A stretch of DNA of 62,998 nt, counting the filler, from Octopus bimaculoides (lineage: Eukaryota), in the NCBI RefSeq assembly GCF_001194135.2. It is 5 parts of 5 records of this genome, joined end to end, with 100 filler letters (N's around TTAATTAATTAA, not from the genome) between each part and the next. Parts side by side here need not be neighbours in the genome. Positions count along the whole stretch, not along the records: positions 1 to 23,437 come from NC_068982.1; positions 23,538 to 39,673 come from NC_068981.1; 3 more parts are not named here. The stretch is one strand, 5' to 3'. The position numbers and the translations under genes are program-made. The stretch's first letter is position 1. Each line of letters begins with the position of its first letter. Below the pieces are notes generated by a model that saw nothing but the letters and a program-made list of their open reading frames with translations, was not told the DNA's origin and ran no database searches. Positions 13,051 to 23,920 of this stretch are shown piece after piece.

Positions 13051-13452
13051 TCTTTTACTTGTTTCAGTCATTTGACTGTGGCCATGCTGGAGCACCGCCT
13101 TTAGTCGAGCACATCAACCCCAGGACTTATTCTTTGTAAGCCTAGTACTTATTCTATCAGTCTCTTTTGCTGAACCGTTAGGTTACAGGGATGTAAACAC
13201 ACCAGCCTCGGTTGTCAAGCAATGTTGGTGGGGACAAGAACAGACACACAAACATATACACACACACATACATAAATATACATATACATATATACGACAG
13301 GCTTCTTTCAGTTTCCGTCTATCGAATCCACTTACAAGGCTTTGGTCGGCCTGAGGCTACAGTAGAAGATACTTGCGCAAAGTGCTACGCAGTGGGACTG
13401 AACCCAGAACCATGTGGTTGGTAAGGAAGCTGCTTACCACACAGCCACTCCT
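13051..13452 (-). mobile_element. SINE family 1, full-length
   Basis: Reverse complement of 11798-12187 over its whole length. An extra 3' fragment lies at 13537-13637. Confidence 0.9.
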
Positions 13453-13639
13453 ATGCCTATATGCTTATGCATAAAAAAATCATTACGTACTTTTTCCTCG
13501 ACCTGGTATAAATTACTTTATTTTGTACTTATTTTACTCTCTTTTACTTGTTTCAGTCATTTGACTGTGGCCATGCTGGAGCACCGCCTTTAGTCGAGCA
13601 AATCGACCCCAGGACTTATTCTTTGTAAGCCTAGTACCT

Positions 13640-13890
13640 AGTTCAAACTCAGAATCCAAGGGTTAGTAGCCCTTATTCACTACACTATATGTCCATGGGC
13701 ATAATATCTTCAGAGAACAGAGTACCCCATTAGTCTAATAAAGGGTTGGGTTTGAAATCCCATCAGAACACCTGATGAAGGCTGGAGAGTACATCAGACG
13801 AAATGTTGTGATAAAAACAAACAAGATGAGGGCATCTATGCATCCATTGCAAATAATGTACATAATTCCTCGTCTCAAAAACATGGAACA
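13640..13890 (+). mobile_element. Diverged tRNA-head/hammerhead element, copy A (head inverted relative to the ribozyme)
   Basis: 13641-13703 is a reverse-oriented head. The hammerhead remnant at 13767-13812 reads CTGATGA-A-GGCTG...CAGAC-GAAATGTT-GTG, and the same 3' body follows. Confidence 0.7.
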
Positions 13891-14339
13891 GTTTTAATAA
13901 TACTATTATTTTAAACCAAAGGCTGTCAACATCCCATCACAAGTCGCTAACGATATATTTACAAACGCACACACACACACATACACGTTGCTATATGAAT
14001 GCCCTCCTCCCCTCCTCCTCCTCCTTCTCAGGGGCAGCTGTCGTACGACTTCGATAGATTAATAATCTAAACAAAACAAATAACAACAACAAAACCACTT
14101 TGTTAATATGATGATCAATATTCACAAGTTGACGCCTATTTAGACACTTAGAGACCATAGTTTCCAGAGAGAGTGAGAGAGAGAGAGAGTGAGAGAGAGA
14201 GAGTGAGAGAGAGAGAGAGAGTNNNNNNNNNNNNNNNNNNNNNNNNNNNNNNNNNNNNNNNNNNNNNNNAGACCATAGTTTCCAGAGAGAGTGAGAGAGA
14301 GAGAGAGTGAGAGAGAGAGAGTGAGAGAGTGAGAGAGAG

Positions 14340-14371
<32 letters not shown>

Positions 14372-14623
14372 ACGAGAGAGAAGAGAGAGAGGGAGGGAGA
14401 AAGAGAGAAAGTTCTGTGATGATCCAATTTAGCAGGTCAGCAATATTCTAGAATCCCCAAACAGAAAAAGAAAATCGATAGAAACGTTTGCATACACAGA
14501 TACAAACACACAGACACACACACGCACAGACACAGACGCGCGTGCGCGCAGACACAGACACAAACACACATACAAATGCGCGCGCGCGCACACTCACACA
14601 CACACACACACACATATTAAAGG

Positions 14624-14905
14624 GGCAGGCATGGCTGAGTGATAAATTTGCTTCCCGACCACATGGTCCAGGATTCAGTCCCACTGCATGGCACCTTGGG
14701 CAAGTGTCTTCTTCTATAGCCTCAGACCGAACAAAGCCTTGTGAATGGATTTGGTAGACGGAAACTGAAAGAAGCCTGTCGAATATATAGACGTGTGTGT
14801 GTGTGTGTCTTTGTATCTTCGTTTGTTCCCCACTACAGCTTGACAACCAGTAATGGTGTCATTATATCCCCATAACTTAGCGGTTCGGCAAAAGACATCG
14901 ACTAA
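14624..14905 (+). mobile_element. SINE family 1, 3'-truncated
   Basis: CCACATGGTCCAGGATTCAGTCCCACTGCATGGCACCTTGGGCAAG ... CATAACTTAGCGGTTCGGCAAAAG. Confidence 0.8.
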
Positions 14906-15399
14906 AAATTCTTAAAGGCCGCAATCTAATAGCTGAAACAAGTGGGGAAAAAATTAAAATAATAAAAAGACACACACACACACATACACACAGAGAGAAA
15001 GGCATATAAATACACACCCAACACACATACTGACATATACACACACGTAAGCAGAAGATATGGTGCTGATAAGGTCGGGTGGACTTCCTTCCCCACCCGC
15101 TGCTTCGTACAAATTTAATTATTACCAAATACTTTTTTAATTTTTATTTTATCGCAAATCAAACGGCAAATGAGTGATCCTATTGGCTTCATACACACAC
15201 AAGTACGCATTCGTATATACATACATGCATACATGTACATAATGCATGCATATATAATTATATGTTTGTGTGAGCCCGTATGTATATAGGTGTATCTAAT
15301 TAGTCTACCATGTATATAAACTTTAACACAGCCGTTGTGATCATAGCCTCCGTTACATCACAGCGTGCAATGCGGCGGCGTTCAATAAACATAGACGGA

Positions 15400-15579
15400 T
15401 ATCAAGTATCGACCTGAAAAGCTGGGACCTCTCACCTTTCTCAAGATTATCAATGACTCATTCGGTCTCACCTGTCAGCTTTATCAAGGACCCAAGTCAC
15501 CTATCAACTTTTACGAGCGAGTTTCATGTTACCTATCAAGTTCTGAACGAGGTTTCTACATCGTTGCTCCACTGAGTCA
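15400..15579. promoter_or_regulatory. Possible enhancer: five TATCAA (GATA-like TTGATA) motifs and two AP-1 sites
   Basis: TATCAA at 15400, 15448, 15482, 15502 and 15534; TGACTCA at 15454-15460 and TGAGTCA at 15573-15579, in non-repetitive sequence. Confidence 0.3.
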
Positions 15580-15595
15580 ATGAAGGAGACTACAC

Positions 15596-15767
15596 CAGCG
15601 GTTCCCATCTGGGGTCCAAATACGATTTTGTTGTTAAAATTGGTGTACAATGCATAAAATATTTTAACAATTTTTGACCCAATTCTTAATAATATTTAAT
15701 TACATAAATATAATAGAATTTTTTAAAACAAAGGTGTCCATAGGTGAAAAATGGTTGAGAACCACTA
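15596..15767 (+). mobile_element. hAT (Charlie-like) MITE, same family as 1144-1412
   Basis: Termini CAGCGGTTCCCA and GGTTGAGAACCACTA. The flanks GACTACAC and CACTAGAC match at 6 of 8 positions. It shares the subterminal AAAGG(G/T)GTCCATA. Confidence 0.7.
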
Positions 15768-15928
15768 CACTAGACGATCGTACACCATGGTAGAAATAGA
15801 AGCAAAGTTTCCCTCAAATCATAGCCTATCGACTTGTAATTTTAATAACTAGAGTTAGCCGTCATATAACGGATATCTTTTTTCTCTATTGGTAGTATCA
15901 AGAAATATAACATACATACAATAATTAG

Positions 15929-16089
15929 AAACAATTGCAGCATGGAAGGTGTTTATAAGCCATTTAAAAAACACACGAAAACCGTTAGATTCATTTCAGC
16001 ATTTAATTAAATTTAAATGTTGAAGTGAATCTAACGGTTTTTGTGTGTTTTTAAATGGCTTATAAACACCTTCCACACTGCAAATGTTT
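15929..16089. repeat. About 160-bp near-perfect inverted repeat (about 78-bp arms, about 6-nt loop)
   Basis: TGCAGCATGGAAGGTGTTTATAAGCCATTTAAA...CAGCATTTAA pairs with TTAAATGTTG...TTTAAATGGCTTATAAACACCTTCCACACTGCA. Confidence 0.95.
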
Positions 16090-16664
16090 TCGTTCCAGCA
16101 CACGATCTCAGATCAGGTCACTTGCTATGCAAGTACATCTCCGCAATAACAATAATTATAGTTTAACTTTCATTGTGTCTATAAAAACCAATGAAATAAT
16201 GAATATTAATTTTTCAAAATAAAAATATTTATTACCTTAAAACAAAAATCCAAGGAAACAAATTCCTCATTTGCATATTTACCATAAATATGTCTTATTA
16301 TTTTTCTAAATTAAACAAAATCATTTTCCATATCAATTTTATATTGAAGTTCTCTATGCTGTCTCAGAGCCTTTATTTTACTTGTATATTATATATTTGT
16401 ACCAACTACATGTGCTGTGTTTGTTTTTTTCACCATTCTTTACATTCGCTCACTTATTCCTTGCAGCATTTTGCTGTTGACACCACCAAAATGAACAATG
16501 TTATCGTTAAAGGTGTGAAATTATGATTTTGGCCGATAACTGACGAGGAAAGAGCATGTCTACATCTTGTGTGTGAATCCTCCGTTTGTTCCTTTAAGTT
16601 GAAGAAATCAACACCAGGACTTATTCTTTGTAAATTATTTACATTTGACAGATATTTGTCCCAC

Positions 16665-16919
16665 GAGCATATGGCGTAGTGGTTAAGAGCACAGGCTACT
16701 ACCCCAAGATTCCGAGTTCGATTCCAGACAGTGACCTGAATAATAATAATAACATCGAAAGGAATGAGAACCCAGGTTCGAAATTTCTCCAAGACATCTG
16801 ATGAAGGCTGGAGGGGATATCAGCTGAAACATTGTGTTAACAACAAACAAGATGAGGACAAATATCCGTCGAATGTAAATAATGTACATAATTCCTCGTC
16901 TCTTAAATATAGAACTGTA
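16665..16919 (+). mobile_element. tRNA-head/hammerhead SINE-like element, copy B
   Basis: A box TGGCGTAGTGG, B box GAGTTCGATTCC, hammerhead at 16793-16838 (core intact; ACGT decayed to ACAT, CAGCC to CAGCT), and 3' end TAAATATAGAACTGTA. It is preceded by an inverted body fragment at 16639-16661. Confidence 0.85.
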
Positions 16920-18400
16920 TTATTCTTTGTAAGTCTACTACTTATTCTATCGGTTATCTTTCGCCGAACCGCTACGTTACGGGGATATAAACACACCAAC
17001 ATCGGTTGTCAAGCGATGGTGGAAAGACAAACACACACATATATAACTGTTATTTCTAGACGACTGAAGACCTGATAGAAACTCCCTCGTTATAGGTGTT
17101 TTGAAACGTGATGGCTGTATCTACTATGTAAGTGCCTCAGCTGTGATCTCAGTGAGATGCGGATGCTATTTCTAACAGGTCAAGCGACTTCATTGAAGTC
17201 AAGACCAGCAGACCTATATTTTAACCGTAACTGCCCCTTCCATTTTATGCCCCAGATACATAAAGGATTACATTATTCAAGTGAGTATTATACTTTTGTA
17301 AAACAGATGAGTATGATTTGGTGGAGATTTAGCTGCTATTTCTAAGAGACTAAGTGACCTTGTAGAAGCTGCTTTGTTGTAGGCGTTGGAGTTTTTTAAA
17401 ACGCGAGGAACTTTTGGTTCTGTAATTACAGAACACTTAATTCTCTATCTGTATCAACCCCACTGAAACCACGACCGCATCGTGAGTGAGTGAGTACAAA
17501 GGCCCCACCAACCAAGCCATTCGTCTTCTTTTAAAAGGAGAAACAGAAAAAAGAAAACTTGGAATTTTGGAAAATAAAAAATCTTTTAAAAAATGTTTTC
17601 TAATTGTCCCAGGATGGAAGACAGAAATACAAAAATAATAAATAAATACGAAGAAACAAAATTATTTTTTTTTTGTTTCCTATGAAGCGTGGTGGTGGTG
17701 GGGTCACGTAATCCCTAACGTCGTCCCCTACGCCATGTAGTGTGTTACCATAACACACTATAATTATATTCACAATTAAGCAAATCTCAACCATGAGAAT
17801 TCCCCGTCATCTCCTCCGATGTTATAAAAATACAATTGTTGTGCGAGGGAAATTGGAGGGAAACTTGCAACAGAGACCAACAAACGTGATGACGGCGGAG
17901 ATGGTGACACCTGTTGGTTCATGTTCCGGTTGAGAGCTTGAACAAGAATATATTTATATCTGCAGTGTGGAACCTGTCTGTATTTTGTGGCGTTTGTTAT
18001 GGATTGGTAGGTCTTGTTAGAAATATCGATTTTTAGCTTAGTATACCCTTCGGGTAAAGATATAATTATAACGCGCGCGCGTGTGTGTAGGTGTATGTAC
18101 GTGTGCTTATATATATATATGCGGTGTGTGTAGGTGTAGCTGAGTGTGTGTGTAGGCGTGTGCCTATGTGTACATGCTTGTGGATGTTTGTGTATACATA
18201 GATGTATGCATGTGTGCGTACACATGTGCATGAATGTATGTGTATTTGCTTTTGATTAAACAGGAAAGGACAAAAAAAAAGGAGGGGAGGAAGATAAAGA
18301 AATGTAGAACAGAGCGAGGTGTGTGTGTGTACTTTGAAGATGTGATGTTTGATTTGTACATATTTGCATTAATACAGAACCATATTGCACACACCATATA

Positions 18401-18449
<49 letters not shown>

Positions 18450-19272
18450 TACTGTTGCCTCTCCTCACTCACTTCGGTATAAACGCTTATATTTTTTCCT
18501 TCTCTGTTTAATCCCCCCTTGCTCGCCCTATTTCGTTTTTCCCCCCTCTCTCTAATCAACCCAACACGACAGCAAATTCACGCAACCCCTCACGATGGAA
18601 CCGAGGTGGAAGTTGGCGGGGGAGGGGGGCTTCTGAGTTTGGTGTTTGACCTACTAGAAATAGCAGCCAAATAAATCTCCCAGCTCACATCGTATAACTG
18701 GATTCGCATTGGTGATACATCATTAAGAAAAGACTTATTTACATATTTCTCGATACTTTAATATTTGCGTTATAACTGTCAGGAATTCAATACTGCCATC
18801 GTTTTTGTATTTAATAAGTAGTAAGAAATGATATATAGTCGGGAGAAGTCGGCATGCACATTGTAAGTCATTACGACCCTTCGGGACTATAAGGCCATTC
18901 CAAAACTGTAAAGTTATATGAGATTGATAGCACGGGAGCAGAGAGCAAGTTGTTACATCTGTGGCAGCAAAAGCTTTCAAGAGGCTTTTGCTGCCATGAC
19001 TATAGGAACTTGAAAGAAAGAAAGAAAGGAAGGAAGGAAGGAAGGAACTCATTGTTCCAGTCATTAGTGGAATTGTTTTCACCAAAGGAATTAAGTCGAT
19101 TATTATCATTATTCAGTAGTTTTATTTTTATAACGTACTTTCACTTCACTACCGAGCGCAGCTCTGTGCGCCTTGGGTATGTGCTGTGGTTTGCTGTGGT
19201 GCTCTTATGTTTACTGTATTGAAAGTGTTTTGCGTAGAATGTGTGCAGTACCCAGTAGTGCAATTTTCTGTA

Positions 19273-19304
<32 letters not shown>

Positions 19305-20020
19305 GACATTTGATAGTTTCAGGTAGATTTCTCCTGCATTGCCTACTCCACCTCCGTGTTGCTGAGGTGTGTACAGCATTGTGTTCTTTTTTGTTTTGTT
19401 ATTGGTGGAGTGCAAACTCTTCCTGGTATTATGTTACATCCGTTTGTTTTGTCATGGGCTTTAGTTGCAGTCTCTTTTTCTATTAGTGTTTGTATTGTGT
19501 GTTTTGTGTGCAATGTTTGTCTGTTGGGTATCCGACCTGTAGAGTGCATGTTGTGGGGCTTGTTTATTTTATTAGATATTTACTGGAGAGAGTGCGCTTT
19601 GTGTTTATGGATTGTTTTAGTCTTGCGTAGGATGTGGGCTTTTCCTAGCAGGGCTATCTTTTGGATTGTGTATAGTGTTAAGGGTCCAGGTAAAACTTCT
19701 ATGTTTTTGCTCATATCTTTTTGTTGTTGTAGTTGTTCTTGTTTTTCTTTTTATTTTGCTCGTTGTTCCAGTTTTTACTGGAATTGTTTTCACTTATATG
19801 CTGCAGATCTTGAATACTTCAATTTAGAAGTTTTTGTACTTTGACAATTTCTCCAATTCTTTTCGAGCAATATTTTGGTCAGAAGGGACTGCAATTTCTA
19901 TCAGTAGGCAGGCGTTTTTTTGTTGTTGTTTCCCCCCCCCCCCATCCTTACCAGAGCAATTAGCTTTTATATTTTTTGTCCATTTGAACAGGCATACCCC
20001 AGGTGATTGTGACTTTGTCA
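19273..20020 (-). mobile_element. R4/Dong-clade LINE 3' fragment (restriction-like endonuclease domain, 3' UTR, (AAT)n tail)
   Basis: Minus-strand peptides CLLIEIAVPSDQNIARKELEKLSKYKNF and, in another frame, IQKIALLGKAHILRK (19621-19667). It ends in (TAT)n at 19273-19303. Confidence 0.85.
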
Positions 20021-20021
20021 T

Positions 20022-20160
20022 TAAGGCAGTGAGCTAGCAGTCGTTAGCACGCTGGGCAAAATGCTTAGGGGCAATTCGTCCGTCTTTACGTTCAGAGTTC
20101 AAATTCCACCGAGGTCGATTTTGCCTTTCATCCTTTTGGGGTCAATAAAATAAGTACCAT
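20022..20160 (+). mobile_element. tRNA-derived SINE family 3
   Basis: GTTAGCACGCTGGGCAAAATGCTTAG...GAGTTCAAATTCCACCGAGGTCGATTTTGCCTTTCATCC...GGGGTC. Other copies lie at about 6731-6895 (+), 21410-21570 (-), 33866-34075 (-), 41768-41830 (-), 60162-60270 (+) and 60765-60858 (-). Confidence 0.8.
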
Positions 20161-20163
20161 TAT

Positions 20164-20296
20164 TTATATTTGACAGATATTTGTCCTCATCTTGTTTGTT
20201 GTTGACATAACATTTCAGCTGATATACCCTCCAGCCTTCATCAGGTGTCTTGGGGAAATTTCGAACCTGGGTTCTCATTCCTAAGGTATTTTTCGA

Positions 20297-20331
<35 letters not shown>

Positions 20332-20398
20332 TCACGGCCTGGATTCGAACTCGGAATCTTAGGGTTAGTAGCCTGCACTCTTAATAACCACTATGCCA
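20164..20398 (-). mobile_element. tRNA-head/hammerhead SINE-like element, copy C
   Basis: Reverse complement of the same head, linker and hammerhead (20204-20249; TCATCAG at 20238-20244). Confidence 0.85.
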
Positions 20399-20422
20399 TT
20401 ATTTACATTATGTACATTATGT

Positions 20423-20697
20423 ATATGCCCATGGGCATATGGCGTAGTGGTTAAGAGTGCGGGCTACTAACGCCAAGATTCCAAGTTTGATTCCAAGCAG
20501 TGACCTGATCAATAATAATAACATTGAAAATACCTTAGGAATGAGAACCCAGGTTCGAAATTTCCCCAAGACACTTGAATGAAGGCTGGAGGGTATATCA
20601 GCCGAAACATTGTGTTAACAACAAACAAGATGAGGACAAATATCCGTTGAATGTAAATAATGTACATAATTCCTCATCTCTTAAATATAGAACTGTA
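20423..20697 (+). mobile_element. tRNA-head/hammerhead SINE-like element, copy D, head-to-head with copy C
   Basis: Starts with the 18-bp palindrome ATATGCCCATGGGCATAT. The hammerhead at 20570-20616 has a perfect GGCTG/CAGCC stem II but a mutated core (TTGAATGA). The full 3' body is present. Confidence 0.85.
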
Positions 20698-20716
20698 TTA
20701 TTATTATTATTATTAT

Positions 20717-20861
20717 TCAGTTTACTGCCTGGAATCGAACTCGGAATCTTAGGGTTAGTAGTCCATGCTCTTAACCACTACGCCATATGCCCCTGGGCAT
20801 ATAAATAATCTACACATTGTAAATAATGTACATAATTCCTCATCTCTCAAATATAGAACTG
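20717..20861. mobile_element. Inverted extra head plus duplicated 3' tail of the tRNA-head/hammerhead element
   Basis: 20717-20802 is the reverse complement of the tRNA-like head, ending in CATATGCCCCTGGGCATAT. 20816-20861 repeats TGTAAATAATGTACATAATTCCTCATCTCT(C/T)AAATATAGAACTG. Confidence 0.75.
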
Positions 20862-21219
20862 AAAATAAGGACCAGTCGAACACTGGGGTAGTAACTGATT
20901 TACCCTCCTCCTAACATTGCTGGCCTTGTGCCAAAATTCGAAACTATTATATAACAAACATAATGAAAGTTCTATGTTCTGCGGTGTGTGACATTTGAAC
21001 AATAAAACAAAGAAGGCAACGTCCACAGTTTATAGTATCAGTAATTTTTGTGAAAGAGCTGTTGTTGTTGTTGTTGTTAATTAAATGTTACCAATTACTG
21101 GAACAATTAATTACACACATCATTTTAGCGAAACCACATCGAATTAGCAGAAAACGTCTAATTACTGGTTAGGGCAAATGGTCATTAAAGACATCATAAT
21201 AGTAGTAGTAGTAATAGTA

Positions 21220-21250
<31 letters not shown>

Positions 21251-22026
21251 GCTTCTCTGGTTTCGCTCCCAGAACAAAGTTCATTGTTTTAATATAATAT
21301 TCCAAAGAACTTTATTTGTGAAAAACAGAGGGGTGTGGGGGATTGGGAGAGGGGTGGATAAGTAGGTGGTTGTATTGGATAGTAAATGTACAAATATGCA
21401 GCAACGAATCTTTTCTACTCTAGGCACAAGGCTTGAAATTTTGGGGGAGGGAACCGGTCGATTAGATCGACCCCAGTACTCAATTGGTACTTAATTTATC
21501 GACACTGAAAGGATGAAAGGCAAAGTCGACCTCAGCGGAATTTGAACTCAGAATGTAAAGGCCGTAACGTAGCAGTCCAATAAAAGAGATCGATAGAAAA
21601 AAGTACCAGGCTTAAAAATAATACTGTGGGTGTCGATCTGTTCGACTAAAAACCCTTCGAGTTGGTGCTCCAACATGGCCGCTGCCAAATGATTTCAAAC
21701 AAGATAAAGGATAGCCTCTTAAAAACACAAACAAGCATTGGCTAACGTAGTCCAAGATACACTTTGCCTGAAAGAAAATAAACTGGTTGGTCACGACTTC
21801 CGCAATACAAGTGAATATATTATTCAGTATTTCTTATTTAAGGAAGCATGAATTTCATTAAAGCAGACGCTCCTCTGTAAATGGGAAACCCTAACAATGG
21901 ACCGGCTCTCCATTCAGTGATGAGGTTGGCCCACTTGCCCTTCCCAGTGGGGTGACATCATTCAAAAGCTGAAACAACGCAAAACGCATTGTAACCAGGC
22001 ATACATACATATATATATATATATAT

Positions 22027-22104
<78 letters not shown>

Positions 22105-22106
<2 letters not shown>

Positions 22107-22420
22107 TCATATTATCATTTAACATTTGTTTTCCATGCTAGCATGGGTTGGACGATTTGACTGGAGACTGGCGAACCAGATGGCTGCACCAGGCTCCAAT
22201 CTGATCTGGCAGAGTTTCTACAGCTGGATGCCCTTCCTAATGCCAAACACTCCCAGAGTGTAGTGGGTGCTTTTACGTGCCACCAGCACGAGGGCCAGTC
22301 AGGCGGAACTGGCAACAGCCAGGCTCAAATGGTGTTTTTTACATGCTACCTGAACAGGAGTCAGTCCAATGTTTTGTTCACATGCCACCGGCACGAGTGC
22401 CAGTAAGGCGATACTCCACA
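22105..22420 (-). mobile_element. Repeat family 2
   Basis: (CAT)n tail, TTTCCATGCTAGCATGGGTTGGACGATTTGAC, CTGGATGCCCTTCCTAATGCC and GTGCTTTTACGTGCCACC. Confidence 0.8.
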
Positions 22421-22821
22421 CACCTTTCACAAGGCAGGGTAGGTGGTGTCCCTCTATTTCATAGCAATGGCAAACAAGGTTAGAGTAGGGGGTGAAGCTG
22501 GAGGGATTGAGGAAAGACACCTTCCTCTTTAGTGAAACCCGTAACAATCTTTTTAAGTTCCACTTGGAAAGGAAAGTGAGTCTGGAGGTGGAAGTGCTAC
22601 CTGAGTGAATGTGCTAAGAGGTGAGTGATCATGGCAAAAATAGTTAACGTGAGTGGCCCTATTCTAAGCGTGCACCTGTAGATTGGAGAGCAACAGTTGG
22701 GACAGGGCTCGTGTCTTTGATCGTCAGGGTAACTCTGGATCAACGAATGAGGTTTCTTTATTGGCCCTTTTTGGAAGTTCCATATCAGGAAGACTGCATC
22801 AATCCTCCTCCTCCTCCTTCA

Positions 22822-22855
<34 letters not shown>

Positions 22856-23231
22856 TTCATTGCCATCTTCTTTCAATTATTTTCATTTCTTGCCGAGTGT
22901 CTTCCTGACACCTAGGGCAGAGAAACGCACTGTGTAAATTGGTAGGCCATTAAAATAAACACACCAGACTGTTCGTTTACAAAGTCATGTGATAGAGAAA
23001 AATGAGAAGAAAGACAGAGAAAAAGGAAAGGAAAAAAAAACAGGAAAGTAAACAAATAAAATAAAAGGGTGGGGGAGAAAATTCCCACCGACAATGCTCT
23101 TCTCAATAAATGTGACGTACCAGTTGAGACAAATCTTTTGTTGCATATCATCATCATCATCATCATCAACAACAATGAGGATCACAGATTGTTGATTTTG
23201 AAAAAATTTTGTTTACACACAAAACACTCAC

Positions 23232-23270
<39 letters not shown>

Positions 23271-23537
23271 TCTTTGCCTTGTCTTGTACAGCCCATAATG
23301 TTTTTCTCAATGTAAACCATTATGGTTAATAAAGAAATCATCATCATCATTATCATTTGATTACAATAGTTTTGTTTGGGTAGTAAAAATCAGTTGTAAA
23401 AACAGACAGTGATATACACACACACACACATATATATNNNNNNNNNNNNNNNNNNNNNNNNNNNNNNNNNNNNNNNNNNNNTTAATTAATTAANNNNNNN
23501 NNNNNNNNNNNNNNNNNNNNNNNNNNNNNNNNNNNNN

Positions 23538-23625
23538 GGTGACAGCGGCAGTGATGGTAGTGGTGGTGGTAGTGGTGACAGTATCAATAGCAGTAGCGGT
23601 GGTGGTGGTGGTGGCGGCGGCGTTG

Positions 23626-23668
<43 letters not shown>

Positions 23669-23866
23669 CGGTGGTAGTAGTAGTAGTAGTACCTGTAGCA
23701 GAAGGAACAGCAATGGCAGCAGCAGTGGCAGCAGCAGCAAGTGGTGGTGGTAGTGGTGACAGTATCAATAGTAGTAGTGGTGGTGGTGGCGGCGGCGTTG
23801 GTAATAGTAGTAGTAGTAGTAGTAGTAGTAATTGATGTTACAATGGCCACTGCTAGCATCAGCAGC

Positions 23867-23920
<54 letters not shown>

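Noticed and set aside
14151-14340. Direct repeat GAGACCATAGTTTCCAGAGAGAGTGAG.. on both sides of a gap (similar case at about 51500-51580)
   Set aside because: Identical contig ends overlap across a small gap; this is most likely an unmerged overlap.
16667-16740. tRNA-like heads as genuine tRNA genes (also the SINE family 1 and family 3 heads)
   Set aside because: A and B boxes are present, but there is no complete acceptor stem or cloverleaf, and each is fused to a repeat body. They are SINE heads.
17064-17110. CTGAAGA-CCTGATA...TATAGG-TGTTTT-GAAACGTG
   Set aside because: Six extra bases lie before GAAA, the cleavage position would be G (not allowed), and there is no stem I pairing.
22680-22770. 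LINE-like peptide VTLDQRMRF
   Set aside because: It is a single weak motif resembling YLGVTLD, with no supporting neighbouring motifs.
23482-23493. TTAATTAATTAA islands inside N runs (also 39718-39729, 59006-59017, 60342-60353)
   Set aside because: The same 12-mer is centred in runs of N (44 N on each side where counted) and has stops in all six frames. It is an artificial scaffolding linker, not biology.
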